From a virus: DNA of 64,000 bases. The DNA lies in UHGV virus genome UHGV-1376088; one strand, written 5' to 3'. This document shows positions 29,211-38,277 of this stretch, in pieces; the stretch's first letter is position 1; every line of letters starts with the position of its first letter. Under the pieces are notes generated by a model. That model did no database searches. It saw only the letters and a program-made list of their open reading frames with translations, and was not told where the DNA came from. The position numbers and the translations under genes were made by a program.

Positions 29211-29714
29211 ATGCAATTAAAAAACAATATGCGTTATACTGATAATATGGTAACGTTCTTTACCGGCGGTGCACCGTTTAGCAATTTTTACTTTAGCCCA
29301 CTTGTGTATAAAGGCTACAATGTAAAGACTGCTGAGCAGGCATTTATGATTGAAAAAGCTATTACATTTGGTGATGAAAGCAAAATTCTGCCTATTGTTC
29401 AGGCTAGATCAGCGGCAGAAGCCAAAAAAGTGGGCCGGGCGGTACGAAATTTCGATCCTAAAGTGTGGGACGAAAAACGTTATGGAGTTATGGTTGATAT
29501 TCTGAAAATCAAATTCCAAAATCCTACATTGAAAGAAATTCTTTTGAGAACCGATAATCTTGAACTGGTTGAAGGCTCTCCATATGATGCAATTTGGGGC
29601 GTCAAATTGGACTGGTTGAGTGATGAAATTCTTGACCGTAACAATTGGCGCGGCCGCAATCTTCTTGGTAAGGCACTCATGGAAGTAAGAGAGTATTACC
29701 GTAATCAAATCTAA
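29211..29714 (+). CDS. NADAR/YbiA-family N-glycosidase (ADP-ribose-processing; candidate anti-DarT)
   Basis: FFTGGAPFSNFYFSP, AEQAFMIEKA, a GR segment and a C-terminal WG..LDW...NWRGRNLLGKALMEVRE all align with the E. coli YbiA/NADAR blocks. Confidence 0.75.
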   Translation: MQLKNNMRYTDNMVTFFTGGAPFSNFYFSPLVYKGYNVKTAEQAFMIEKAITFGDESKILPIVQARSAAEAKKVGRAVRNFDPKVWDEKRYGVMVDILKIKFQNPTLKEILLRTDNLELVEGSPYDAIWGVKLDWLSDEILDRNNWRGRNLLGKALMEVREYYRNQI

Positions 29715-29726
29715 ATGGAGTAAATT

Positions 29727-30074
29727 ATGCAAATTAATAAAAAAGTATCTTTCGTATTAGCTACACTGTTAGCCGTATCTGCTCTTTCAGCCTGTGATAA
29801 GGTTGACGAATCATCTCGGGTATATCTGAATACCGATCATTGGATTCAGGTTGGCACTGGTAAAAGCGGCACAACTTACCAGGAATGTGTAAACGACCTC
29901 GTGCCGGGCAAAGAGCCTAAAGTTTTGTGTCGCCCAATCACAAAAAGCACATTCGAAGATATGAATTTTCAACATATCAATAAAGCAATTGAAGCCTCAA
30001 ATTCAAAGGGATCTAAAATCCCTAAAGCAGTAACTGCGTTGGAACAGTTGCCGGACTATAAGGCTTCAGAGTGA
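29727..30074 (+). CDS. lipoprotein (lipobox LSAC)
   Basis: Signal peptide plus Cys lipobox. Candidate superinfection-exclusion or surface protein. Confidence 0.6.
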   Translation: MQINKKVSFVLATLLAVSALSACDKVDESSRVYLNTDHWIQVGTGKSGTTYQECVNDLVPGKEPKVLCRPITKSTFEDMNFQHINKAIEASNSKGSKIPKAVTALEQLPDYKASE

Positions 30075-30469
30075 TGAAATCGGCAAATCAGAAATTCAAT
30101 GAGAAGTTCCTTAAACATATTCATTCGTTTGAAGAGCTTCTCAGAGATATGAAATTCAATAAAAACAGGATGTTAAATCGACGCGCAGCCGGCATTAAGG
30201 AAGAAATCAAAGTTAAAGACTTGATTCGTCCAAGCATTGTCTGTGGCCATAAAGGTGATATTGAAGAAAATACAAGAATCAATGAGAAGATTCTGCTTAA
30301 CTATTATCATCAAGCACATGAGCATCGTATTCCTTTGTATGGCGAAACTCAGATTATTACTAGAATTTATTCTGATTGTTATATCACAAAACGACTCATC
30401 GGCCGAGTTAAATATTATGCCCGGATCATGAAAGAAATATCTGCGATTATTGACATTGCAGATGATTAA
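30071..30469 (+). CDS. hypothetical protein
   Basis: 132 aa, stop-start overlap. Confidence 0.5.
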   Translation: MMKSANQKFNEKFLKHIHSFEELLRDMKFNKNRMLNRRAAGIKEEIKVKDLIRPSIVCGHKGDIEENTRINEKILLNYYHQAHEHRIPLYGETQIITRIYSDCYITKRLIGRVKYYARIMKEISAIIDIADD

Positions 30470-30492
30470 CATCTAAAATAACGGAGGCAATC

Positions 30493-30597
30493 ATGCTAGT
30501 ATTATTTGCATTAACAGTACGGAAATTATTGGCATTTTTGTCTTCCGTTAAACAGAAAAGTAAAAATAAGTTGGTGAAGATTCAAAACCACCTTTAA
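30493..30597 (+). CDS. small membrane peptide (34 aa)
   Basis: Strong ACGGAGG RBS. Confidence 0.3.
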   Translation: MLVLFALTVRKLLAFLSSVKQKSKNKLVKIQNHL

Positions 30598-30613
30598 GGG
30601 AAAGCAACTCATT

Positions 30614-30802
30614 ATGTCTAATAAATTAAAAGAAATTGGTCTTCTTGAGCAATTTCTTTCTGAAGGTGTCTATTATAGTGCAGATGAACTTATCACTGTT
30701 ATAAATGGCATCAAGAGCGAGTTTAACAATGTAACCATAACTCTTGAACCGCATTCCGGCGGGAGTTATATGGTTGTTTACGGAGAGCACAAAGATGAAT
30801 AA
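30614..30802 (+). CDS. hypothetical protein
   Basis: 62 aa. Confidence 0.4.
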   Translation: MSNKLKEIGLLEQFLSEGVYYSADELITVINGIKSEFNNVTITLEPHSGGSYMVVYGEHKDE

Positions 30803-31250
30803 GCAAATCCTTATTGCGGCTCTTTTGTTGGCTGCAAGTTTTAACGTTGAAGCTGCTAAAAAAGAACGCTCTTCTTTGTCTGAAGTAAAAGCATTGGCAA
30901 CCGCTATCCATCATGAAGCCCGTGGCGAGTCATTGGCCGGTAAAAAAGCTGTTGCTAATGTAATCATGAATCGTGTTAAACACAAAGATTTTCCGAATAC
31001 TGTAAACGGTGTAATTGCTCAGCGTGGCCAATTCCAGTGGTATCGTAATAAGAAGTTACGAGCTAAAACTGGCTACGATAAAGAAACTGAAAAAATTGCA
31101 CAGGCCGTTTATTTGGCCCATAAGACGAAACATCATGTTGACAATACCCGGGGAGCTATTTTCTTTTCCTCCAATGGGAAACGACCGGCTCCGCGTGCAA
31201 TTAAGCCATATCGTATTGGCCGACATGTATTTTATAAACTGAAAAGTTAA
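30798..31250 (+). CDS. secreted SleB/CwlJ-family cell-wall hydrolase (Hydrolase_2)
   Basis: Signal peptide followed by AIHHEARGE, VANVIMNRV, FPNTVNGV, GQFQW and RIGRHVFY blocks. Confidence 0.7.
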   Translation, partial: NKQILIAALLLAASFNVEAAKKERSSLSEVKALATAIHHEARGESLAGKKAVANVIMNRVKHKDFPNTVNGVIAQRGQFQWYRNKKLRAKTGYDKETEKIAQAVYLAHKTKHHVDNTRGAIFFSSNGKRPAPRAIKPYRIGRHVFYKLKS

Positions 31251-31319
31251 ATCAAAATAAGGTGTCATTGATATAAAAGTAATGACATTAACCAAGATAT
31301 TTTTAAAGGATAAAAAATT

Positions 31320-31703
31320 ATGCGTTCACCTAACGTACTCTATAAGGCCTATTCAAAGTTGGGTTTGGCTGTTGCACAAGAATTAACATTCTCTGCGCCG
31401 ACTGATAAAGAATTCCGAGAATTCGTTGAATCTCAATTGGCAGAAGTTGACCGTATGGTCTTGACCCGTGAAGATATTCGCTCAATTGCGGATATGAGTG
31501 ATGAAGATCTGAAAGATTTGGGTTGTAATATTCTTCTGACTAAAGAAGGTAAACGCATTGCAGAATTGCCATCACATATTCGCCGCTTGGCTGAACCCGA
31601 TACAATTTATGATATCGGTACAATCGAAATCGAAGATGAAGATTTCGGTAAACGTGAATTCAAAATCACTGGTGTATTTCTGAATGGCGAAAATGCCTTT
31701 TGA
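31320..31703 (+). CDS. hypothetical acidic protein
   Basis: 127 aa. Confidence 0.5.
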   Translation: MRSPNVLYKAYSKLGLAVAQELTFSAPTDKEFREFVESQLAEVDRMVLTREDIRSIADMSDEDLKDLGCNILLTKEGKRIAELPSHIRRLAEPDTIYDIGTIEIEDEDFGKREFKITGVFLNGENAF

Positions 31704-31719
31704 TTAATAAAACAAGTTT

Positions 31720-32190
31720 GTGTGGCAAATGTGTTCTGGACGGTTTATCCGGCAGGGCGGCATTTGGCGCATTAATCGTAAGTCGTTAAATAACAGTGGC
31801 CCTGTTCGTATTGACTACACGATATGCCCATAGTGGCAGGCGATAAATCAGACTATTTTTGTATACTGTCGGATATATCAGTATCGCCTTTAGCCTTTCT
31901 CTCCCGTGAACCGAGCGCAATACGCCTTTCCATACAGTTCCTTACGCGTTCACCTGGCGCTCGGAGCGGGCCCCATTCATAAGTGTATGAAATTAGTGCA
32001 CATGGTTTCAGGATCATCCATAACTCCGAAAAATCCTGACATGATACCTTTCTTGACAGCTTGTAGTCGACGGTCTACATTCGCAGGGACGACGGAAAGA
32101 CGGCACCCTAAACTCCAATCGTGGTTAGTGATAAGGAAGAGGCCTCGGCATCGAAAGGTGTCGAAGCTAATTTCTTTATTCGAAGTTATT
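31720..32190. other. GC-rich (about 50%) ORF-poor island with extensive internal complementarity; candidate structured ncRNA
   Basis: CCGAGCGC pairs with GCGCTCGG and GTGAAC with GTTCAC. GC is well above the flanking sequence. The only ORF here is Arg-rich and judged spurious. Confidence 0.35.
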
Positions 32191-32209
32191 TTATAGAGAG
32201 GTTTATATA

Positions 32210-32401
32210 ATGGTTATTTGTATTTGTAATAATATTAATGATAAAACTATTACTGATTTAGCTGCTAATGGTGCATGCGTTGAAACTATTAAAAATGAAA
32301 CTGGTGCTACCACTTGTTGTGGCTGCTGTCACGAAATGCTTTGTTCCTTGGTCTCAAAGTACAAGGAATCAACGGAGGGAAAGTCGTATGCGATCAAATA
32401 G
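32210..32401 (+). CDS. BFD-like [2Fe-2S]-binding domain protein
   Basis: ICICNNINDKTI...TGATTCCGCC matches the Bfd C-x-C...C-x2-C pattern. Confidence 0.55.
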   Translation: MVICICNNINDKTITDLAANGACVETIKNETGATTCCGCCHEMLCSLVSKYKESTEGKSYAIK

Positions 32402-32527
32402 AGGAAGATATCCCTATAGCTATGCAAGAATAAAGTTTCTTACAGACCGCTTAAAATTGGTTATGAAAGCCATTCAAAAGCGTGTTGATAAAATGAAAAA
32501 AGAATAACCTGGCCGGCGCTCGAAAGA

Positions 32528-32545
32528 GTGTCGGTCTTTTCGTGG
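32528..32545 (+). promoter_or_regulatory. GTGTCGGT-N5-CGTGG box
   Basis: Copy 15. Confidence 0.45.
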
Positions 32546-32572
32546 TAAATTTTGAGATTTTGGAGTATTAAG

Positions 32573-32665
32573 ATGTTTAAAGAGACGCCTAGGTTTGTAT
32601 TAGAGGCTTTTATGATTGCCATTATCGGCGCAATTGTGCTTTGTGCTATTGCTGGCCTTCAATAA
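32573..32665 (+). CDS. small membrane peptide (30 aa)
   Basis: GGAG RBS; hydrophobic. Confidence 0.3.
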   Translation: MFKETPRFVLEAFMIAIIGAIVLCAIAGLQ

Positions 32666-32691
32666 GAATAGAATGACCGACATTAGAAACT

Positions 32692-32709
32692 GTGTCGGTT
32701 GATTTATGG
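32692..32709 (+). promoter_or_regulatory. GTGTCGGT-N5-TATGG box
   Basis: Copy 16. A perfect 7-bp stem ACCGACA/TGTCGGT lies directly upstream of P2. Confidence 0.55.
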
Positions 32710-32741
32710 ATGTAGCAACCAACCCTAGAAAGGTATAAAAA

Positions 32742-35700
32742 ATGCATTTAAGAATTTCAAATGGACAAATTCCTGTAATCAATAAAAATTATACACCATC
32801 AGAAGTCTATGCAATCTTTCGAGAGCATTTGACAACAGAGGGACGTATTGAATTTGAATTGAAGCCAGATACTTTTGGATTCAAAGTGATCAACGTTATT
32901 AATGATAAGACTGTTGAAACGGAATTTATTATTCCTGAATCGTTCTTTAATCCTAAGAATCATTGGCCTCATTTTGCTTTCTGTTCGCGTCATATCAATA
33001 AACGGGCGTCAATCGAAGTAATTAACCATTTTGAAATGCTGTTCTTCTTCTTGGCTGAACGATTTGAAGATGCCTTGAAGAACAATGAAATCTTTACGAC
33101 TTATATCCGCCGGGACATTAAGCTGATTACAAACTTTGTTGAGTATGTCAGCCCCAATGCTTTTAATGCAAATTTGAAGTCTTCTAACCTTTTGGTTTTA
33201 TGGGCTCCTTATAGCACCAATACCGGCACTTCTTTGGTTTATAAGAATCGCAATCTTCCTATTGGCGATTTGGTACACCAGCGTGTAATTACAAGCCCTG
33301 ATAAAGAAGCTATTACTGCTATGGCGAATTGCTTCAACTTAATGCCTGGTTCAGAAACTATGTTGTCTGAAAGCAATAAAATTGTTGTTTCAGATGGTAA
33401 TGCAGAAATTTCTTGTGCTGGCTTTGGGTTTGAATATGATAACGATGACCGTATCGTTGGCTTCTCGTCTATCTTTCCTCGGGCTTCTGCTTTGCCTGCC
33501 CGTTTGAAAACCCATGTAAATGGTAACCATTTTGGTGTATTACAACCCGCCAAACCTTTGTTTATTGAAGATGCGGCTATCAATCCAGATGGCTCTTTTG
33601 TCTTTGATGAAAATGGCGACCATGTTCCTTTGGACAATGGCGGCTTAGACGCTATTGTTGTTTATCAGGATATCGATTTTGAAAGCTATCATCAAGTCGG
33701 CGGCGACTTAGAAGTAAACCGTCGAATTGGTAATCAAATCGTATTTATGAATCGCCATAAGGAAACGGAATTTGACGAAATCCTTGTCGAAGAGGGCGAA
33801 ACATACAACGCAAGAAATGGATGTGTAATCCTGGGCATGTTTGACCGTCGACCGATTTCGGTAGACAATGTTGTCAAAATTGAAGTAACCAAAGTTTCTC
33901 AGAACGGTTATAACAATTCTGCCCGTATTGATTTCGTAGCATACTATAAAGTAGGTAATTCTCGAATCACTTCTCATACCGGCTTAAAAGGCGTCACCAA
34001 AACCATGATGACTTGTGGTAATATCTACTCCGATGATTTCGAAATGGAAGTCGATATTCTTACAGGTGTCAATAGTATTAAGGCCAAAGAGAATACTGTA
34101 CGTCTTATGCAAGCAGCTTTTGCATTAAAGTATGGTTATTATACTCCTACGTCTGGTGATAAGCTTCTTTCGTCTATGGACGAGGAAGAAATTAATGCCG
34201 CCGCCCGATCTATTCCAGAAGTAACATTCAAAATGGTTCGTGAGGGCAAGGAAGTCGAGTTCAAAACCCGACTGTATGGTGTGATTCAAATCAACTATAC
34301 CGAAATCGGTAGTCACTTTACAGTTGTAAGAAATCAAAAATTGAGCTTCAATGCTTTGCGTTATATCTCTCAGACTAAAGATTCTGGATTGGCGCAATAT
34401 ATATTGGACAATTGTATTGACCCAGATGAAAAATCAGCTGTAATTGAGCTGATGAAGTGTCTTAATGATAAGACGCGCCGTTTTGTGTCTGCTGAGCATA
34501 AACCTGTTTATACATTAAGCGGTTTAAAGAATCATTTCACTGAAAAGGATTTGATTCTTGAACATAGTTCTATCTTCCCATTGTACTCTAAGCTTCTTGA
34601 TGAAGACTTTAATAAAGGCTTCTATATCAATCTTAGTGAACAGCGTCAGAATACATTAGTACGTATTCCAGATGCTAAAACTTTGGGTATGTTCTGCAGT
34701 AAGCAAACCAATGGCGAATATGTCTATCCTGGCATTCTTATTGAGGTTTCTAAAATCATTCAGAATGCTTTGCTTGGTAAGGCTTATTACTATCGGATTA
34801 TTCCGAGTCGTAATGAGAGCAACCAAAACCGTGTAAGCACTTATGGCAATTATATGGCATCCTTGAAGTCTATGTTGTATTCTTCAGAGATTTCAGGACA
34901 GACACTGATTCAGACTATGATTACACCACGATTGCGCGGCGTAAATATGAAACAAATGCACGACGTATACGTCCCAGATGGCGTTGTCGTTGTATTGAAC
35001 AATCGTATTTATACCGACTTGCATGAATATGTCTATCCAACCAAAAACTTGCCGGTTGAACAAGGCATTATTCAAGCCTTTAAAGACCTGTATGCGTTCA
35101 CATTACGTTCACCGTTTTTGTGGAAAACGCAACTGTTGATTAAAGAATTGTGGGACGCAAACAAATTCGACACTTATCTTAAGCAAGAATATGGTTTTGC
35201 GCTGGAAGATTATCTGGACATCAAATCCAATTTACATTGTGCATTGATTGGCAAGGACGTAATCAAAGGCAGCCATTCCGATATTGACGGCGACTTGTTG
35301 CAGATTACCGTATTGCCAGAAGAAGCTCAGCAAATGATGAAGGAATTCAAACTTAGCAACATTACCGATAAGATGTACCAGTGGGATGAAGATTTCTTGC
35401 AGTCAGAATACGATAGCATTAAGAAATTGGATTGGACTAAGAAGTATAAGTTGCACTATACTCCTACCTACTGTAAGCGTCCCGGCGATGAAAGCTACAT
35501 CGATTTGATCACAAACTCTGCTAATGCCAAGAAGGCCGTTGGTCCAGGTACCAACAACAGCTGGCAATTTGGTATGCTGATTGAACTTTATTTGGCACTG
35601 CTGAATGAAGATTCTGATCTTACCTATCGCGCTATTTCCGGTAAAACAGGAAAAGAATTTGTTAAGATTCATCTTAATGAAAAGCTTGCCCAAGAGTGTG

Positions 35701-36185
35701 ACCATGTATATACCGAAACCAATGAACGGTATGTGATTAATGCCATCAAGCATATTAAGGGCGGTGCAACTCAACATCAGAAGTTTATGTTGGGTACTCT
35801 TGGTTCTGACCAAACAGTCCATAAAGAAGTAGTAGAAGCGATTGTGAATGAAATGGGATATAGCCGAGAAACAGCTATGACCATTATCAATATTGCTATT
35901 TGGGCTGATCAACACAATCTTATTAAGCTTACTGGAGATTTCCTTCGTATGCATAATAAAGGTCAAACTGTTGATAACAATGGCGAACCTATTGACTTGA
36001 AAGACCCTGAAATCTCTAAATGGTTTAACCTGATTGTAGAGAAAACATTTGTGGGCAAAATGATTAAGCCCGCATTTGATGTATACAATCAGTGTATTGG
36101 TCAACTTGATATCGAGCAAAAAGCATCAGATAGCCAAAACAATGCGGCAGAAGACAAAGAAGATATTGATATCGATTTCCTTTAA
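32742..36185 (+). CDS. giant protein P2 (1147 aa) with SHSDIDGD motif; paralog of 15137-18547
   Basis: Single ORF with AT-rich codons. It shares SH.S..DxDGD.L and VG.G.TNN with P1. Confidence 0.85.
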   Translation: MHLRISNGQIPVINKNYTPSEVYAIFREHLTTEGRIEFELKPDTFGFKVINVINDKTVETEFIIPESFFNPKNHWPHFAFCSRHINKRASIEVINHFEMLFFFLAERFEDALKNNEIFTTYIRRDIKLITNFVEYVSPNAFNANLKSSNLLVLWAPYSTNTGTSLVYKNRNLPIGDLVHQRVITSPDKEAITAMANCFNLMPGSETMLSESNKIVVSDGNAEISCAGFGFEYDNDDRIVGFSSIFPRASALPARLKTHVNGNHFGVLQPAKPLFIEDAAINPDGSFVFDENGDHVPLDNGGLDAIVVYQDIDFESYHQVGGDLEVNRRIGNQIVFMNRHKETEFDEILVEEGETYNARNGCVILGMFDRRPISVDNVVKIEVTKVSQNGYNNSARIDFVAYYKVGNSRITSHTGLKGVTKTMMTCGNIYSDDFEMEVDILTGVNSIKAKENTVRLMQAAFALKYGYYTPTSGDKLLSSMDEEEINAAARSIPEVTFKMVREGKEVEFKTRLYGVIQINYTEIGSHFTVVRNQKLSFNALRYISQTKDSGLAQYILDNCIDPDEKSAVIELMKCLNDKTRRFVSAEHKPVYTLSGLKNHFTEKDLILEHSSIFPLYSKLLDEDFNKGFYINLSEQRQNTLVRIPDAKTLGMFCSKQTNGEYVYPGILIEVSKIIQNALLGKAYYYRIIPSRNESNQNRVSTYGNYMASLKSMLYSSEISGQTLIQTMITPRLRGVNMKQMHDVYVPDGVVVVLNNRIYTDLHEYVYPTKNLPVEQGIIQAFKDLYAFTLRSPFLWKTQLLIKELWDANKFDTYLKQEYGFALEDYLDIKSNLHCALIGKDVIKGSHSDIDGDLLQITVLPEEAQQMMKEFKLSNITDKMYQWDEDFLQSEYDSIKKLDWTKKYKLHYTPTYCKRPGDESYIDLITNSANAKKAVGPGTNNSWQFGMLIELYLALLNEDSDLTYRAISGKTGKEFVKIHLNEKLAQECDHVYTETNERYVINAIKHIKGGATQHQKFMLGTLGSDQTVHKEVVEAIVNEMGYSRETAMTIINIAIWADQHNLIKLTGDFLRMHNKGQTVDNNGEPIDLKDPEISKWFNLIVEKTFVGKMIKPAFDVYNQCIGQLDIEQKASDSQNNAAEDKEDIDIDFL

Positions 36186-36267
36186 TGGGAAGTAAGAGGC
36201 GGGCGGGTATATCCTGCCCGCTTAATCTTATTTTAATACTATATTTATTTTTTAATGGAGTAAAATT

Positions 36268-38277
36268 ATGATTATTGAAACTGAAAATAAAACTGAAACA
36301 ACAGCTGAGAATAAATATAATATTGAAGTAACTTCCAAAACTTTTCGAAGCTTATTTGGTGATTTGTATGCAAAACCATTTGATTCTATGATCCGTGAAA
36401 TCGTAGCAAATGCGTGTGATGCCAATCGTCAATCTGGATATAATGGCCCTGTTGAAATTTCTGTTCATAAAGACGGTGTAGAGCACTATATCGAAATTAA
36501 AGACAATGGCGTCGGAATGACATACGACGACATGGTAAATATCTATACAACATTCTTCAAGTCAACAAAAAATAATAGCAACGATGGCATCGGCGGCTTT
36601 GGTATTGGTTCTAAAAGCCCATTAGCCTATGCTGACTACTTTATTGCTACATCAGTAAAAGACGGCAAAAAGAATGTCATTATGACTTCTAGAAATAATG
36701 ACATTCCTAGCTATCAGGTTATGCTAAAAAATGTAGACACCGATGATAGTAACGGTACTACAATCCGTATTCCAATTGAACAAAAGGATATAGAGAATTT
36801 AAAGACAGTTTATAGGGAGCAATTAATTGGTTTTTGGCCATTGCCCAAATTGACACTCCTGGATGGCGAAGAATTTTCAATTAAAGTTATTGAAGTTGTT
36901 GATGGCTTCAGGATAGCAGATATTAAAAGTCGCATTTATGCAAATTTTAGAATGTCAGTGGGCGGCCCCAATTATGTGATATCTCATTTAGATAGAATAT
37001 TTGAAATAGTATCCATTATGGATGTTCCGATCAAAGATGTTAATGTCTCTTTATCTAGAGAAACTATCACATATGATGATGCCCTGAAGCAGAAACTTTC
37101 TGAGATTTTTCAAGGTAAAGTAAATGAAATTTATTCTAAAGTCAAAGAAATGACAAAAGATGAGATTTTATCTACTCCTTGGGTATTTGAGCTGGTGAAT
37201 TACCCTAGTACAAAGTTGATTATAGAAACGATATTCGAAAAATTAAATTTTGGTTTTCTTAAAGATGCTAGATGGGCATTCCATAATCAGCGATACGGAG
37301 GAAAATATTGCAGCAGAATATGGAATGATTCTGCTAAATATATAATGGGACATTTAAATGAGATAATGAAAGAAAGCTCTTTAAATTTTGCTCCTACAAG
37401 TATGGTAAAAGATTCCGCAATTACAGTTTCAAAAGGCTGTATGCCTAATGGTGTTACACTATTTATTGATAAGCCTGAAAACGAATTAAAGGAATTTGCA
37501 GCGTCTCTTGGTAAAGAATGCAATTTTATAACTATGGATAGTACAAAAGTTCGTAGTTATTTGAATCGCAAAAACAGAGAAGCAATTCCTGTTAAAAGCG
37601 GCGATCCTATTAAATTCTCATCAGAAATTTTCTATTCTTCAAACAATTCCAATAAAACTATTTACGAATTGGATGAGATTAGCGAGAATGATATTTTTAT
37701 TGTTGGCGATCCAGGAACAAAGGAAGCCCACTACAGAGGAAAAATGGAAAATTTTAAAAAGGTTTTTCCGAATAAAAATATCTATATTGGCCGAGGAACA
37801 CCTAAAGGCTTTTCTGCTGCACAGATTTGTAACCTGAAAAATGTATTTACCTTTTCTGGATCAGATTTGTACGAAATAAATCATCGAAAGCTCATAGAAA
37901 TTATGAGTGACGATGAAAAAGAAGTAGCTATTGCTGCTGCTAAGTTTCGTATACGGAAACGTAAGGCTGGCCATATAATTCACGCTTCCTCTGAAATTGG
38001 CTCAGAGTCAATTTGTCCGGATAGATATATATATACTTCATCATCCCTTCTAAAAGAGCGAATGAAAGAGGTTGTATTTTCTGTAGTTGAAAGTGGTGAT
38101 GAAATTGACCTGATTGAGGATAGACATCCTTTAATTGTAATTGGAATGGCTCTTATCAAGAAGGAAGTTGAAAAGATTCTTGATGAAATGTATCCGATGT
38201 GGAATAATCCAGAATTGGTTTTTGTCAAATATATAGAAAGTAGAGACAATGAACTACAACGTAACAGTCAATCCTGA
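36268..38277 (+). CDS. GHKL-family ATPase (Hsp90/MORC-like Bergerat fold)
   Basis: N-box EIVANACDA, G1 IKDNGVGM and G2 GIGGFGIGSKS. Confidence 0.75.
   Translation: MIIETENKTETTAENKYNIEVTSKTFRSLFGDLYAKPFDSMIREIVANACDANRQSGYNGPVEISVHKDGVEHYIEIKDNGVGMTYDDMVNIYTTFFKSTKNNSNDGIGGFGIGSKSPLAYADYFIATSVKDGKKNVIMTSRNNDIPSYQVMLKNVDTDDSNGTTIRIPIEQKDIENLKTVYREQLIGFWPLPKLTLLDGEEFSIKVIEVVDGFRIADIKSRIYANFRMSVGGPNYVISHLDRIFEIVSIMDVPIKDVNVSLSRETITYDDALKQKLSEIFQGKVNEIYSKVKEMTKDEILSTPWVFELVNYPSTKLIIETIFEKLNFGFLKDARWAFHNQRYGGKYCSRIWNDSAKYIMGHLNEIMKESSLNFAPTSMVKDSAITVSKGCMPNGVTLFIDKPENELKEFAASLGKECNFITMDSTKVRSYLNRKNREAIPVKSGDPIKFSSEIFYSSNNSNKTIYELDEISENDIFIVGDPGTKEAHYRGKMENFKKVFPNKNIYIGRGTPKGFSAAQICNLKNVFTFSGSDLYEINHRKLIEIMSDDEKEVAIAAAKFRIRKRKAGHIIHASSEIGSESICPDRYIYTSSSLLKERMKEVVFSVVESGDEIDLIEDRHPLIVIGMALIKKEVEKILDEMYPMWNNPELVFVKYIESRDNELQRNSQS

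Noticed and set aside
31906-32196. 96-aa Arg-rich plus-strand ORF in the GC-rich island
   Set aside because: Its composition is driven by GC-rich structured sequence. It has no RBS, so the region is reported as a candidate ncRNA instead.
35403-36119. 238-aa minus-strand ORF inside P2, plus others at 33239, 33708 and 34125
   Set aside because: They are antisense shadow ORFs in an AT-rich gene. They lack an RBS, and P2 is continuous over them.
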